Origin: Spirochaetia bacterium
Lineage (GTDB): Bacteria; Spirochaetota; Spirochaetia; SZUA-6; Bin103
Assembly: GCA_965203905.1 (NCBI GenBank)
Contig: CBDBDQ010000005.1
Coordinates: 5,408,001-5,472,000 of the forward strand
Direction: 5' to 3'
DNA: 64,000 nt
Position numbers and translations under genes: made by a program. Each line of letters opens with the position of its first letter. The stretch's first letter is position 1. Of this stretch, positions 46,126-56,633 are shown piece by piece. Under the pieces are notes generated by a model. The model ran no database searches, was not told the origin of the DNA, and saw only the letters and a program-made list of their open reading frames with translations.

Positions 46126-47151
46126 ATGAGGTCGGTGATCTGTGTGCACGAGCGCTTCGAGCGGATGTGGCCGTTTGCGGCCGACTACTGGCATCGGCGC
46201 TGGCAGGAGAACGGCGGCTGCGAGCTGTTTCGCACCGAGGTGGCGGGGGCACGGGCGCCCCATCTGGTGCCGGATCCCGGCTCGGTGCAGCGGCTGGCGC
46301 TGCTCGGCTTTCCGGGCGACCCGGAGGACCTGGAGCCGTTCGCAGGGCTGGAGGAGTGCTACTTCGACCGCACCTTCCGGCCTTCGGAGAAGGGACTCGA
46401 GGCGGCGGCGGAGCGCGGCGTGCGCTTCATTCGGCACCGCCGGGACATCTACTGGGGCCAGTCTGTCGCCGAGTGCGGGCTGGGCCTGACGATCTGCGCG
46501 CTACGCCGGATACCGCAGCGCTACACGGCCATGATGCAGGGGCATGACACCTGGCGCTACATACCGGAGGTCGGCAGGCCGGGGCAGCCGGGCGGGCAGA
46601 TGTGCGACGACACCAGGTTCAGCAACGGTACCATCGGGGGCAAGCGGGTGCGGGTGGCGGGCCTGGGCAACATCGGCGGCCGCTACGCATCGTGGTGCGC
46701 GGCCATGGGGGCCGAGGTTGCGGCCTGGGACCCGTTCGCGGCACAGGCCGCATTCACGCTGGCCAAGGTGGAGCGCCGCTACGAGCTGCACGACCTGGTG
46801 CGCGACGCGCAGATCTTCGCGCCCATGCTGCCGCCCACCGAGGAGACCTTTCACATCATCACCGCCGAGCTGATCGACGCCCTGCCGCGCGGCTGCCTGG
46901 TGGTGCAGGTGACCCGCGCCTTCATCTGCGATCAGGACGCCCTCTACCGGCGCGTGCTGAACGACGAGCTGGCCCTCGCCGCCGACGTATTCGCCACCGG
47001 GCCGGCGCGCCGCGGCGGCGAGCCGGTGCCGCTGGATTCGCCGCTGCTGGGACGCCACAACGTGGTGCACACGCCGCACATCGCGGGCCGTACGGTGGAT
47101 GCCAACCACGCCTGGGTCGAGGACCTGATCTCACGGTTCGAGGTACGATGA
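46126..47151 (+). CDS. D-isomer-specific 2-hydroxyacid dehydrogenase-like protein
   Basis: QSVAE, GLGNIG, WDPF, VTRA, ADVF, TPHIAG. Confidence 0.85.
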   Translation: MRSVICVHERFERMWPFAADYWHRRWQENGGCELFRTEVAGARAPHLVPDPGSVQRLALLGFPGDPEDLEPFAGLEECYFDRTFRPSEKGLEAAAERGVRFIRHRRDIYWGQSVAECGLGLTICALRRIPQRYTAMMQGHDTWRYIPEVGRPGQPGGQMCDDTRFSNGTIGGKRVRVAGLGNIGGRYASWCAAMGAEVAAWDPFAAQAAFTLAKVERRYELHDLVRDAQIFAPMLPPTEETFHIITAELIDALPRGCLVVQVTRAFICDQDALYRRVLNDELALAADVFATGPARRGGEPVPLDSPLLGRHNVVHTPHIAGRTVDANHAWVEDLISRFEVR

Positions 47152-48083
47152 TGGACGTGATGAACGCCCCGGAGATCACGAGGCTGCCCCACGAGGTGCT
47201 GTCCGGCGAGCGCCGGGTGCGCACCGGCGTGCTCGGCGACGCCGACCTGGAACGGTTCGCGGAGCAGGGGTACGTGGTGGTTCCCGACGCCGTGCCGGCG
47301 GAGAATCTGCGCGCCATGAGGGAGCTGATCTGGCGCTTCCTGGATGCTGACGAGGAAGATCCCGAGAGCTGGTACCGTATAGCACCGCGCGAGGCCAGCG
47401 GCGAGGAGTCCCCGATCTCGCTCGCCGGGATGGTGGAGGTCTACCAGCAGCCGGAGCTGTGGGACAATCGCCAGTATCCGCGGGTGTACCAGGCGTTTAC
47501 CGACATCTGGCAGACCGAGCGGCTCTGGGTCACGCTCGACCGCGCCAACATGAAGCCCCCGGTGCACGCCGCTCATCCCGAGTGGCAGCATGGCGGCTTC
47601 ATCCACTGGGACCTGGACACCAGCCAGGACCCGGTCCCGTTCGGGGTGCAAGGGGTGCTCTACCTCACCGATACCACGGCGGACCAAGGCGGCTTCCAGT
47701 GCGTGCCGGGCTTTCCGCGTCGCTTCGCGGAGTGGGTTCGCACTCAGCCGGCCGACCGCGACCCGCGCTTTCCCGACCTCACCGGGCTGGAGGTCGATTC
47801 GATCCCGGGCCGCGCGGGTGACCTGCTGATCTGGAACTCGCTGCTGCCGCACGGCAACGGTGAGAACACCTCGCAGCGCCCGCGCCTGGCGCAGTACATC
47901 TCCATGTATCCGGCGGCGCGCGGCAGCGAGCAGGAGCGCCGCGACCGCATCGCCGCGTTTCGCGAGCGCCGTTCGGTCAGCGGCTGGCCCGGCGACCCGC
48001 GCCGTTGGGAGCAACGCCACGGGCAGCACGCGGAGCTGAACGGCCTGGGGCGCAGGCTGCTGGGGCTGGACACCTGGAACTGA
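47148..48083 (+). CDS. Phytanoyl-CoA dioxygenase (PhyH) family protein
   Basis: FAEQGYVVV, IHWD, QGGFQCVPG, AGDLLIWNSLLPHG. Confidence 0.85.
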   Translation: MMDVMNAPEITRLPHEVLSGERRVRTGVLGDADLERFAEQGYVVVPDAVPAENLRAMRELIWRFLDADEEDPESWYRIAPREASGEESPISLAGMVEVYQQPELWDNRQYPRVYQAFTDIWQTERLWVTLDRANMKPPVHAAHPEWQHGGFIHWDLDTSQDPVPFGVQGVLYLTDTTADQGGFQCVPGFPRRFAEWVRTQPADRDPRFPDLTGLEVDSIPGRAGDLLIWNSLLPHGNGENTSQRPRLAQYISMYPAARGSEQERRDRIAAFRERRSVSGWPGDPRRWEQRHGQHAELNGLGRRLLGLDTWN

Positions 48084-48181
48084 ACGCCCGGGACTGAACG
48101 CGGCCGCTACCAGCCCGTGGTGGAACCCGGCGTCGCACGGAGAGCGGCGCTCGAATGCAGCAGGAGCTTCGCCACGGGCTG

Positions 48182-49372
48182 CTAGAGCAGGGACCGGAAG
48201 CCGCGCTCGCGGCCGAACAGGACGCGGTTGGAGTCGTGGAAGTTGCGCGCTCCGCGGGCCGCGGTGCGCACCACGTAGATCAGGTCGTCGCCGTCGAACT
48301 GCCAGTCCACGTATTGGTAGCCGGTGAGCCGCACCGAGTCTTCCGGCTCCAGCCCGCTGTCGTCCTGCAGCAGCGTCTTCACCACGCGCCAGCGGTAGAG
48401 GTCGGCCGACGCGCACAGCGCCAGCACGTTGCGCTGGCGCAGATGCACGTTGATTCCCGGCTTCTGGTAAGTCTGCCAGCGGGCGAGCAGCCACTCCGGG
48501 TCCGGCACCACGTTGGACAGGGTGAGGTAGGCTCCCGATAGCGGATCGCGGCGCAGGGTGAACTTCGCCTTGCCCCCGGGAAACGGGATGAAGCCGCCGG
48601 GGCCCGCGGCACTGGAGGAGGGGTCGAAGCTCAGGTGCCGCCCCTCATCCTCGATCTTCACCATGGCGGCGGTGTCCTGAGCCAGGGGGCGGGCTTCGAA
48701 GGTCAGCACGTCCCACAACTGGCCGTCGGGACCGGCCACCACGTTGCCCTCGCGCCAGCCCGGAATGGTCACCGCACCCCACTCTGCCGGGGTCCACTGC
48801 GGCCGGAACGGCAGCTTGTTGCTCATCCGCCAACTGGCGGCGCGCAGCAGGTCGGCGTCCGTCGGCGCGGATACCACGCAGGCCTGGAAGCCGGTGCCCC
48901 ATTGCATCGGATCGCAGTCCTCGAAGGCCCGGTAGATGCGACCCTCGTGGACCAGCACCGCAACCGGAGCGCAGTGGTAGTTGGGCGCGGAGCGGTGCGC
49001 TCCGCCGGGAAACAGCAGTCCGCTGTCGGCGTCCTCCGGGTGGGTCCAGCGGAACCCGCCGTCGTCGCTGCGGCGGATCACGATCGACCCGTACTGCTGC
49101 GAGGTCCCGAACAGGTAGACCGCGTCGCCGTGCATGAACAGGCTGCTCCAGAACGCGTTCATGACGTGGGTGACGTTGCTCCAGCTCACGCCGTCGTCCT
49201 CCGACCGGTAGACGCTGGTGAGGCCCTGTTCCGCCTCGTGGTTGAGCGGGCAGCCGCGGCCGAAGTAGTCGTGGGTGGCCAACAGGGCGCCGTCGGGCAG
49301 GCGCACGATGCTGGGGCTGCCGAGGAACGTGACGCTGCGCTCCGGCTGGTACTTGATCTCGACGGGAATCAT
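48182..49372 (-). CDS. BNR/sialidase-fold hypothetical glycosidase
   Basis: LGSPSIV, SEDDGVSW, SDDGGFRW, REGN, QYVDW, NFHDSN. Confidence 0.75.
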   Translation of the reverse strand: MIPVEIKYQPERSVTFLGSPSIVRLPDGALLATHDYFGRGCPLNHEAEQGLTSVYRSEDDGVSWSNVTHVMNAFWSSLFMHGDAVYLFGTSQQYGSIVIRRSDDGGFRWTHPEDADSGLLFPGGAHRSAPNYHCAPVAVLVHEGRIYRAFEDCDPMQWGTGFQACVVSAPTDADLLRAASWRMSNKLPFRPQWTPAEWGAVTIPGWREGNVVAGPDGQLWDVLTFEARPLAQDTAAMVKIEDEGRHLSFDPSSSAAGPGGFIPFPGGKAKFTLRRDPLSGAYLTLSNVVPDPEWLLARWQTYQKPGINVHLRQRNVLALCASADLYRWRVVKTLLQDDSGLEPEDSVRLTGYQYVDWQFDGDDLIYVVRTAARGARNFHDSNRVLFGRERGFRSLL

Positions 49373-49417
49373 GGTGCGTGCCATCATCGCACGGTGAACA
49401 GCGATGCACCACGGGAA

Positions 49418-51109
49418 ATGAGCGGCGGCGAGGCGCTGGTGAGCGCCCTGGCACGAGAGGGCGTGAGCCACGTGTTCGGAGTTCCGGGAGCGGGGCAGTA
49501 CGAGGCGGTGGACCCGTTCCACGGGCGCGACGATATCCACTACGTGTCGTGCCGCAGCGAGCAGCCGACCACCTATCTGGCCGACGGCTACGGGCGGGTG
49601 GCGGGGCGGCCGGCGGCGGTCATCGTGCTGTCCGGGGTAGGGCTGCGCAACGCGGCTCCGGGGCTGGAGACCGCCCACACCTCTTCCTCGCCGGTGCTGG
49701 TGATCAGCGACCACGACACCGAGGACGCGGTGCCACCGGCGCTGGCGGGCATCGTGAAGTGGGGGGCGCGGGCGCCGCGGCCTGCCGCGCTACCCGCCCT
49801 GGTGCGCCGGGCGCTGGCCGAAGCGCGTTCCGGACGTCCGCGGCCGGTCTACCTCGGCGTGAGCCACGCGGTGTTGGCCGCCCGTGAGCCGATGGCCTGG
49901 GCCGGGTCCGCCGCGGCCGGCGGAGGCCCAGCGCCCGGCGTCGCGGTCACAGGACACTCTGTCGCCCACCGCGCCGGAGCAGGGGAGGACCGGCCCGGCG
50001 CCGGCGAAACGCACTCCGGCGCCGCGGGCGTGACGCCGGAGGCCGTCCAGGCGAACCCTGCCGCGGATGCCATGGAGCGCGCCGCGGAGTTGCTGGCGGG
50101 GGCGGCGCGCCCGGCCATCGTCGCCGGCACCGGTGTCGCACGGGCGGGTGCCGCGGCGGCGCTGTGCGCCCTGGCCGAGCGCCTGCAGGCCCCGGTCGCC
50201 ACGTCGGTGGCGGCCAAGGGCGTGTTCTCGGACGGCCATCCGCTGTGCCTCGGCGCCGTGTATCCCCCGTACCGCCCGCTCACCGAGTACCTGCGTACCC
50301 GCGACGCGGTGCTCCTGGCCGGCACCGGCTGGCCGGCGGCGGCGCTGGCCGAGGGCCCGCGGCTGTGCACCGTGCGCATCGACGTGGAGCCGCGCAGTGA
50401 CGCCGAAGTGACGGTCCAGGCGGATGTCGGCTGGGCGCTGGAGCAGCTCGCGGCGCGCTTGGACGGTGCCACCGCAGCCGGCCCGACCGCCGCGCCAGAT
50501 TCACCCGCTGCCCGCGGCGTAATGGCGGAGGTGGCGCGGCTGCGCGCGCAGCGGGCAGCGCCGGACGAGCAGCTGCAGCCGCAGCGCTCCCTGACCGAGG
50601 CGCTGCGCGCCGCGCTCCCCGAGGACGGCATCCTGGTGCACGACATGACCCAGCTCGGATACTACAGCCGCAGCTACTTCCCGGTGTACCGGCCCGACAG
50701 CTACCAGATTCCACGCGGTAACCTGGGCGCGGCACTGCCGATGGCGCTCGGCGCCAAGCTGGCGTGCCCGCGGCGCGCGGTGGTGGCGCTGTGCGGCGAC
50801 GGCGGGTTGCTGTACCACGTGCAGGAGCTGGCCACCGCCGTGCAGTATGGCATCGCCGTCGTGGTGGTGGTATGCAACGACAACGCGTACGGCAACGTGC
50901 TGCGCGCGCAGCAGGAAGAATTCGGCGGCCGGGTGGTCGGCACCCGGCTACGCAATCCCGACTTTCCCGCCCTGGCCGCGGCGTTCGGCGTCAGCGGGAC
51001 GCGCGCACCGGACGCGGACACCCTACGCCGCACCCTGGCGGCGGCCCTGGAGGCGGACGCCCCGGCGCTGATCGAGGTGCCGCTCGGGCCACTGCAGCGG
51101 CGCTACTGA
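49418..51109 (+). CDS. Thiamine pyrophosphate-dependent enzyme (acetolactate synthase-like)
   Basis: VFGVPG, RSEQ..ADGYGR, GDGG...NDNAYG ThDP motif. Confidence 0.9.
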   Translation: MSGGEALVSALAREGVSHVFGVPGAGQYEAVDPFHGRDDIHYVSCRSEQPTTYLADGYGRVAGRPAAVIVLSGVGLRNAAPGLETAHTSSSPVLVISDHDTEDAVPPALAGIVKWGARAPRPAALPALVRRALAEARSGRPRPVYLGVSHAVLAAREPMAWAGSAAAGGGPAPGVAVTGHSVAHRAGAGEDRPGAGETHSGAAGVTPEAVQANPAADAMERAAELLAGAARPAIVAGTGVARAGAAAALCALAERLQAPVATSVAAKGVFSDGHPLCLGAVYPPYRPLTEYLRTRDAVLLAGTGWPAAALAEGPRLCTVRIDVEPRSDAEVTVQADVGWALEQLAARLDGATAAGPTAAPDSPAARGVMAEVARLRAQRAAPDEQLQPQRSLTEALRAALPEDGILVHDMTQLGYYSRSYFPVYRPDSYQIPRGNLGAALPMALGAKLACPRRAVVALCGDGGLLYHVQELATAVQYGIAVVVVVCNDNAYGNVLRAQQEEFGGRVVGTRLRNPDFPALAAAFGVSGTRAPDADTLRRTLAAALEADAPALIEVPLGPLQRRY

Positions 51110-51138
51110 GCGCCGTCGGGAGCAACAGCGAGCGCCGA

Positions 51139-52700
51139 TCACGTGGCCCCGCCTGGCGACGGCCGGTCCTCCCGATGCCGGAAGCGGTGGTGGGCTCGAC
51201 AGCGCAAGTTCCCGGGCTCCGCACCGCCGCCGAGGGCGAAGGGCACGATGTGGTCAAGCTCCAGCAGAAGCGGGACCTGCAGCGCCGCCCGCTGTGCGGA
51301 TCGACGTAACTGCAGCAGCCGCCGTCGCGGTGCCACACCTCGCGCCGCACCGATGCCGGAATGTACCGGGATCGGCACGCCCGGTGGGCCGGCTGCGCGC
51401 TGCCTCCGGAGGGGCCGGCTGCCGCCGCCTGCGGGCGCGAACGGCTATCGAGTTGCGCTCCTGCCCGCTTCGCTGGCGAAGGAGCGGTGCGACCGCGATT
51501 CGCCGCTGCCCGCGCGGTCGGCAAGCTCTGGTCTGCCCGCGGCGCCGCTGCGGGGGCGTGGGACCCACCATCCGCCACCGACTTCGCCGCCGAAGCCGCG
51601 GTGCCGGGCGCCGCCGCCGCTGGCTTGGCATTCACCGGAGTGCTGCCCCGGCAAGTCTCGCGCTCCGACCGCGCCGCGGGCAGCGTTGCCACCGGCGAGG
51701 TGCCGGCGTGGCCAATCCCGCGCGCGGGTACCTCTGCGGACAGCGCTGCCGGCGCCGGGGTGCTGCCACCGCCGATCGTGCCCTCCGGCGTCGGTGGCAC
51801 TCCGGGTTGCTCTTGCGCGCCCCGCTTCGCCGGCGAAGCAGCCCCGCCCGCCGGCCCTTCCTGCGCCTGCGGCTCCGGCGCCTGGCCCGCGCTTGCCTCC
51901 CGGCGCCCACCTCTGCGACCGCGCGGCGGGCGCCCCGGGTCGTAGCGCTGCAGGCCGTCCTGCACCAGCCGCTCCACCATCTGCCCCAGCGTCAGGTGCG
52001 GGTGCACGTGCGACAGCAGTGCCCGTAGCTGCTCGATCCCGCACTGACAGGCAGAGTCGATCACCACCTTCAACTCCCAGCGGCCCTCGCCCAGCGCCCG
52101 CATGCGATCGGCCGGCCGCGCCAACTCGGGAGCCACCCCGGCCAACAACTGCTTCACCTCGCGGGTGCTCTTGCCGCTCGCCTGCGCCACCAACTCCTGC
52201 CGCTGCGCCGCGTCCAGCGGCGGCACCGCTCGCGCTGCCGCCGCTGCCCCGGTCCCCAAAGCCCCCGCCTCCGGCGCCGTCCCCGTGCCGCCCGGCAGCA
52301 GCTCCGGTGCCGTGGGTGCCGCGCCGGGGTCAGCGGCGGCGGTCGCCGTGCGCTGCAGGAGATCGAAGGTGTTCTGCAACTGCGCCGCCGCGCTCAGGGA
52401 GAGCGAGCCGTCCTGCAGCCGCTCGCGCGTGCCGGCGGTATCGGAGCACAGGCGCATGGCCTTTGTGCGGCGCCAGGCGGCGCCTTCGCTGTAGCCCAGC
52501 TCGCGCACGGCGTAGTCGAACAGGCTGGAGAACCCGAGGCGCAGGTGGAGGTGGCGGGCGTGGATCTCGCGCAGGTGGTCGAGGACGGCGAGCTGCAGCG
52601 CCTGCTCGTGCAGGACGAGGGACCTGGTATGCGCCAGCAGTACCTGGTCGGGGAGCTCGGAGAGCGAGGAGGAGAAGCCGGCAGGGATCGCGGTAGCCAT
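51139..52700 (-). pseudogene. HNH endonuclease-domain protein (DUF222-like N-terminus), frameshifted
   Basis: GFSSLFDYAVRELGYSEGAAWRR N-domain; VRREVWHRDGGCC..; LELDHIVPFALGG..NL.CRAHH lies in another frame after about 51267. Confidence 0.75.
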
Positions 52701-53210
52701 GGCGTAAATATAATCATGGCTGAGAAATGACCGGTTTCGGCGAGTCCCGGATCGGCACCGGGAAGGCCTCAAGCCGGCGCTTGTGGGGTGCTGGCGGACC
52801 TGGAGGGCGTGGCGGGATGTACGAAGGGTCGGAGGGGCCGGAACGTGCGGCAGAAGGCCGTTACGAGCAGCGCCAAACCCGTCAAGTGCCCAGCGCACTT
52901 TTTTCGACACTTTTCGCAGGATCCTGCACCGCGGCGGCGCACCGTGGCCGACTCCACCAGCAGGTGACGCCATCAAGGCTGGCTACCGCGAGAGGTCGAC
53001 CCAACGTGGCAGCAACGCACCGGGCGGAGACCGGCGAGATGCGGATGGGCAGCAACCCACTCATTCCTGGACACATAGTACGGCTAACAACCGCGCACCC
53101 TGAAGGCGGCGATCTGGCAGATACCGCCACACGGGATTCAGACGTCGTTCACCATGGGATGGCCCTGCACGCCACGAGCGGCCGGTCGACAGGAGCGGTA
53201 TGATGCCGCC

Positions 53211-55757
53211 ATGCCCACCCCCGCTTCCGACCTCCTTACGGCGCTCGACCTGAATGGGGCCTTCAACGCCGACCGCGCCGCGCTGCCCGCACCGCTCGCC
53301 CCGCCGCCCTCCCTGGAGCGGGCCTTCGGCCCCCAGGTGTTCCGCGGCATGCCGTTCCTGCTCGGCGCGGCCGGCGCACCCAACGTGCTGCTGGTCGACG
53401 GCGAGCCGGTCACCGTCGCCGCCGGCGGGTTGACCGCGCGCTACCTGGTCTTCCTCCACTACGTTGCCGACCGCCCCTCCAACTATCTGCCCGGCTTCGC
53501 CGACACCGACCACGACGGCAACGAGCTGGGCGATCACGTGGCCGACTACGTGCTGCGTTACGCGGACGGGACCGAGCACGTGCATCCGATCCGCCGCCGC
53601 TTCGCGATCCAGCAACCGCGCATCGGCTGGGGCGCCAGTCCGTTCGCCGCGGTGCCGCTGCACCCCGACCAGGTAACGGCTTCGGCCGCCGAGGATCAGG
53701 CGGTGGGGCGCACACCGGTGGCCGCCTACGGCCGCGGCGAGACCCGGCACAGCTCCGGCCGCGACGCCGGCGGCGAGTGCGCCTGGCTGTACGCCCTGCC
53801 CAATCCCCATCCGCGGCGGGCCGTCGACAGCGTCCTGCTGCGGCCCGGCGCCGAGCCCTGCGCCGTGTACGGCATGGCCGCGACCGAGCTCACCGAGCAC
53901 CCGCTACGGCCAGGCACGCGGCGCAAGCTGGTCGTGGAGCTGGCGCCGGGAATGCGTTTCAACGATGCCCACGAGCTGGAAGGGGTGGACCTGGACCTGG
54001 GTACCGTAATTTCCGCCCGGCCGGCGCTCGGCTACGACGCGGCGGCATGGCGCTCCGGTACGCCCAACGTGCAGCCGACGGCGTCCACCACGCGGGCGCT
54101 GGTGGAGTACGCCGCGCACCCGGCGGCCAAGCTGTACCTGGGCGGCCGCGCCGTGGCGCTGCAGGAGCTGGCGGGCTCGTCAGCGGTGGTGGCGACCGCC
54201 GAGCGCCCGGTGAGGATCAGGGTCACCGAACGCGGCTCGGCGCAGCCGGTGGCGGTGCGGCTGCACCTGCACGGGGCCGCGGGCGAGTACCTGCCGCCCA
54301 AGGGCTACCACCGCACGGTGAACGGCAACTGGTTCGAGGACAACTACGGCGAGTTCGTCAACGGCCTCAACCAGTACGCCTACATCCCCGGCGAGTGCGT
54401 CGCCGACCTGCCGCTGGGCGAGGTGTTCGTGGAGATCAGCCGCGGCTACGAGGTGCGGCCGCTGCGCACGCGGGTCACCGTAACGCCGCACACCGACGAG
54501 CTGTCCTTCGAGCTGGAGCGGGTGCTGCAGTGGCGCGAGCGCGGCTGGGTGACGGCCGACACCCACGTCCACTTCCTGAGCCCGCAGACCGCCCTGCTGG
54601 AGGGTGCCGCGGAGGGCGTGAACGTGGTCAACCTGCTGGCCAGCCAGTGGGGAGAGATGTTCAGCAACGTCTCCGACTTCGACGGCGCCACCACGCTGGG
54701 CGCGCGCGATTTCGGCGGCAGCGGCGAGTTCCTGGTGCGGGTCGGTACCGAGAACCGGATGCAGGTGCTGGGCCATATCTCGCTGCTCGGTTACTCCGGC
54801 GCCATGATTCAGCCGCTGTGCACCGGCGGTCCGTCGGAGTCGGCGATCGGGGATCCGCAGGAGGTGACCATGGCCGACTGGGCCACGCGTTGCCTGGAGC
54901 AGGGCGGGCTGGTGGTGATGCCGCACGGCCCCAACCCGCAGTGCGAGCGCGCCGCCGACATCGTGCTGGGGGTGGTGGACGCGATGGAGATGATGACCTT
55001 CAACCCGTGCGACGCCCAGCTCAACCCCTACGGCATCGCCGACTGGTACCGCTACCTCAATCTCGGTTACCGGCTGCCGGTGGTGGGCGGCTCCGACAAG
55101 ATGGCCGCGGCGTCCCAGTTGGGCGGCGTGCGCACCTACACCCAGCTCGGTGAGCGCGCGTTCACCTATGACAACTGGATGGCCGCGCTGCGCGCCGGCA
55201 ACACCTTCGTCACCGTGGGGCCGCTGGCCGAGTTGGCGGTGGAGGGCAGGGCGCCGGGCGCGATCGTCGAGCTGCCGCCCGGCGGCGGTACGGTCAACGT
55301 GGAGTGGCGGGTCGAGTCGGTCAGCGTTCCGATCTCAGCCGTGGAGCTGATTCACGGCGGCGTGGTCGCGGAGCAGGTGGACGCCGGCGGCGCCCTGGAG
55401 GCGGCGGGCACCGTGGCGGTCAGGGTCGAGCGCTCCTCCTGGCTGGCGCTGCGGGTGCGCGGCAGCTACCGGAGCGAGCGCTCGCTCGACATCGCGGCCC
55501 ACACCAGCGCGGTGCAGGTCCGGGTAGGGGGCGCGCGCCCCTTCTCGGCCCACGACGCGGGCCTGATCCTGGACCAGATCGAAGGCGCCCTGGCCTACGT
55601 CGACACCATCGCCCCACGCCCCGATGCGCGCCGCTATCGCCAGCTCCGCGCCACCCTGGAGGGTGCCTGGAACCGCCTGCACCAGACCATGCACCGCCAC
55701 GGCGTGTTCCACGACCACACGCCGCTGCACGACCACGCCGCCCACCACGAACACTGA
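53211..55757 (+). CDS. CehA/McbA-like PHP-fold metallohydrolase
   Basis: GWVTADTHVH, GTENR..LGH, WYRYLNLG, GGSD, G.VRTY, FVTVGP, AHTS. Confidence 0.75.
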   Translation: MPTPASDLLTALDLNGAFNADRAALPAPLAPPPSLERAFGPQVFRGMPFLLGAAGAPNVLLVDGEPVTVAAGGLTARYLVFLHYVADRPSNYLPGFADTDHDGNELGDHVADYVLRYADGTEHVHPIRRRFAIQQPRIGWGASPFAAVPLHPDQVTASAAEDQAVGRTPVAAYGRGETRHSSGRDAGGECAWLYALPNPHPRRAVDSVLLRPGAEPCAVYGMAATELTEHPLRPGTRRKLVVELAPGMRFNDAHELEGVDLDLGTVISARPALGYDAAAWRSGTPNVQPTASTTRALVEYAAHPAAKLYLGGRAVALQELAGSSAVVATAERPVRIRVTERGSAQPVAVRLHLHGAAGEYLPPKGYHRTVNGNWFEDNYGEFVNGLNQYAYIPGECVADLPLGEVFVEISRGYEVRPLRTRVTVTPHTDELSFELERVLQWRERGWVTADTHVHFLSPQTALLEGAAEGVNVVNLLASQWGEMFSNVSDFDGATTLGARDFGGSGEFLVRVGTENRMQVLGHISLLGYSGAMIQPLCTGGPSESAIGDPQEVTMADWATRCLEQGGLVVMPHGPNPQCERAADIVLGVVDAMEMMTFNPCDAQLNPYGIADWYRYLNLGYRLPVVGGSDKMAAASQLGGVRTYTQLGERAFTYDNWMAALRAGNTFVTVGPLAELAVEGRAPGAIVELPPGGGTVNVEWRVESVSVPISAVELIHGGVVAEQVDAGGALEAAGTVAVRVERSSWLALRVRGSYRSERSLDIAAHTSAVQVRVGGARPFSAHDAGLILDQIEGALAYVDTIAPRPDARRYRQLRATLEGAWNRLHQTMHRHGVFHDHTPLHDHAAHHEH

Positions 55758-55784
55758 TGAACGCAATCGGCAACACTGGCTCGT

Positions 55785-56633
55785 TCAGTACAGTGACTCG
55801 TTCAGTTCAGCCAACCTGGCGGAAAGACGCTCGAACTCCCGTTCACCGATAGTGGGCTTCAGTTCCGCAAGCAGGATGCTGATGTCCTCCGTATGCCACT
55901 TGGACTCCTGGAGTTTGCCGTGGGTTACCCGGGACAACGGTCGCGACAGGGTCACCAGGGCGTCATCGGGAAGCGCTATCAGGGTCGCGATCAGGGTTTG
56001 GACAAACCCGTCGGTTTTCTCCGCGGGAGCGAGATAGTGGGACGCATAATGCGTGTATGTCGCGGACTGCAGCGCGGCGCGAAGCTCTCTCGGGTCATCG
56101 GGAAACGCGTCCTCATCATCGACCAGGGCCCCGGCTATCTCCATGAACCGCTCCACCGAGAAGCTCTGCCTAAGGATTCCATAGGAAAGATCGTGAATGG
56201 TCCTGAAGATCTGCAGTCGTCCATCCAGGCGATGGGATATGTTCTGAAGCCCGGTAAGGGCGGAATGGACACGCTCGATCGGACCGGGCTTCTGCAAGCC
56301 GGCAACTACGACGGAACGCCGTAACTGTTCGTCTCCCAGGTAGTCTCTTATTTCGTCCATGTCAGAGGACTCATCGACCCTCTGCATCAGCTCGTCGTGG
56401 ATATTCGTAGCCGCGCTTACGAACGCGCTCCCCTCCGTGACGTGGTCAAGCAACAGTTCCGACCGCTGGGCAAACGACCACAGGTCACTACGGATCTCCG
56501 CGACGCTTTCACTGCGTTCGGAGCGGGCGGTGTAGAGGAGCGTCAGCAGCGCAATCGTGGCCGCCAAAGCCGTGCCGACCGCGCCGACCGCGGTGAGCCA
56601 GCTTGACCAGGTACCTCGAAGTTGAATTTCCAC
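55785..56633 (-). CDS. Hypothetical protein with N-terminal TM helix
   Basis: Clean ORF with natural composition, GAGGAG ribosome-binding site before the GTG at 56633, hydrophobic N-terminal segment. Confidence 0.65.
   Translation of the reverse strand: MEIQLRGTWSSWLTAVGAVGTALAATIALLTLLYTARSERSESVAEIRSDLWSFAQRSELLLDHVTEGSAFVSAATNIHDELMQRVDESSDMDEIRDYLGDEQLRRSVVVAGLQKPGPIERVHSALTGLQNISHRLDGRLQIFRTIHDLSYGILRQSFSVERFMEIAGALVDDEDAFPDDPRELRAALQSATYTHYASHYLAPAEKTDGFVQTLIATLIALPDDALVTLSRPLSRVTHGKLQESKWHTEDISILLAELKPTIGEREFERLSARLAELNESLY

Noticed and set aside
49890-50060. Ala/Gly/Pro-rich insertion in the ThDP enzyme as an intein or mobile insert
   Set aside because: It falls in the naturally variable interdomain linker and shows no intein motifs or terminal repeats.
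52720-53200. Riboswitch or ncRNA in the long intergenic region
   Set aside because: Small hairpins are present but I recognise no Rfam-type consensus; an Infernal search would be needed.
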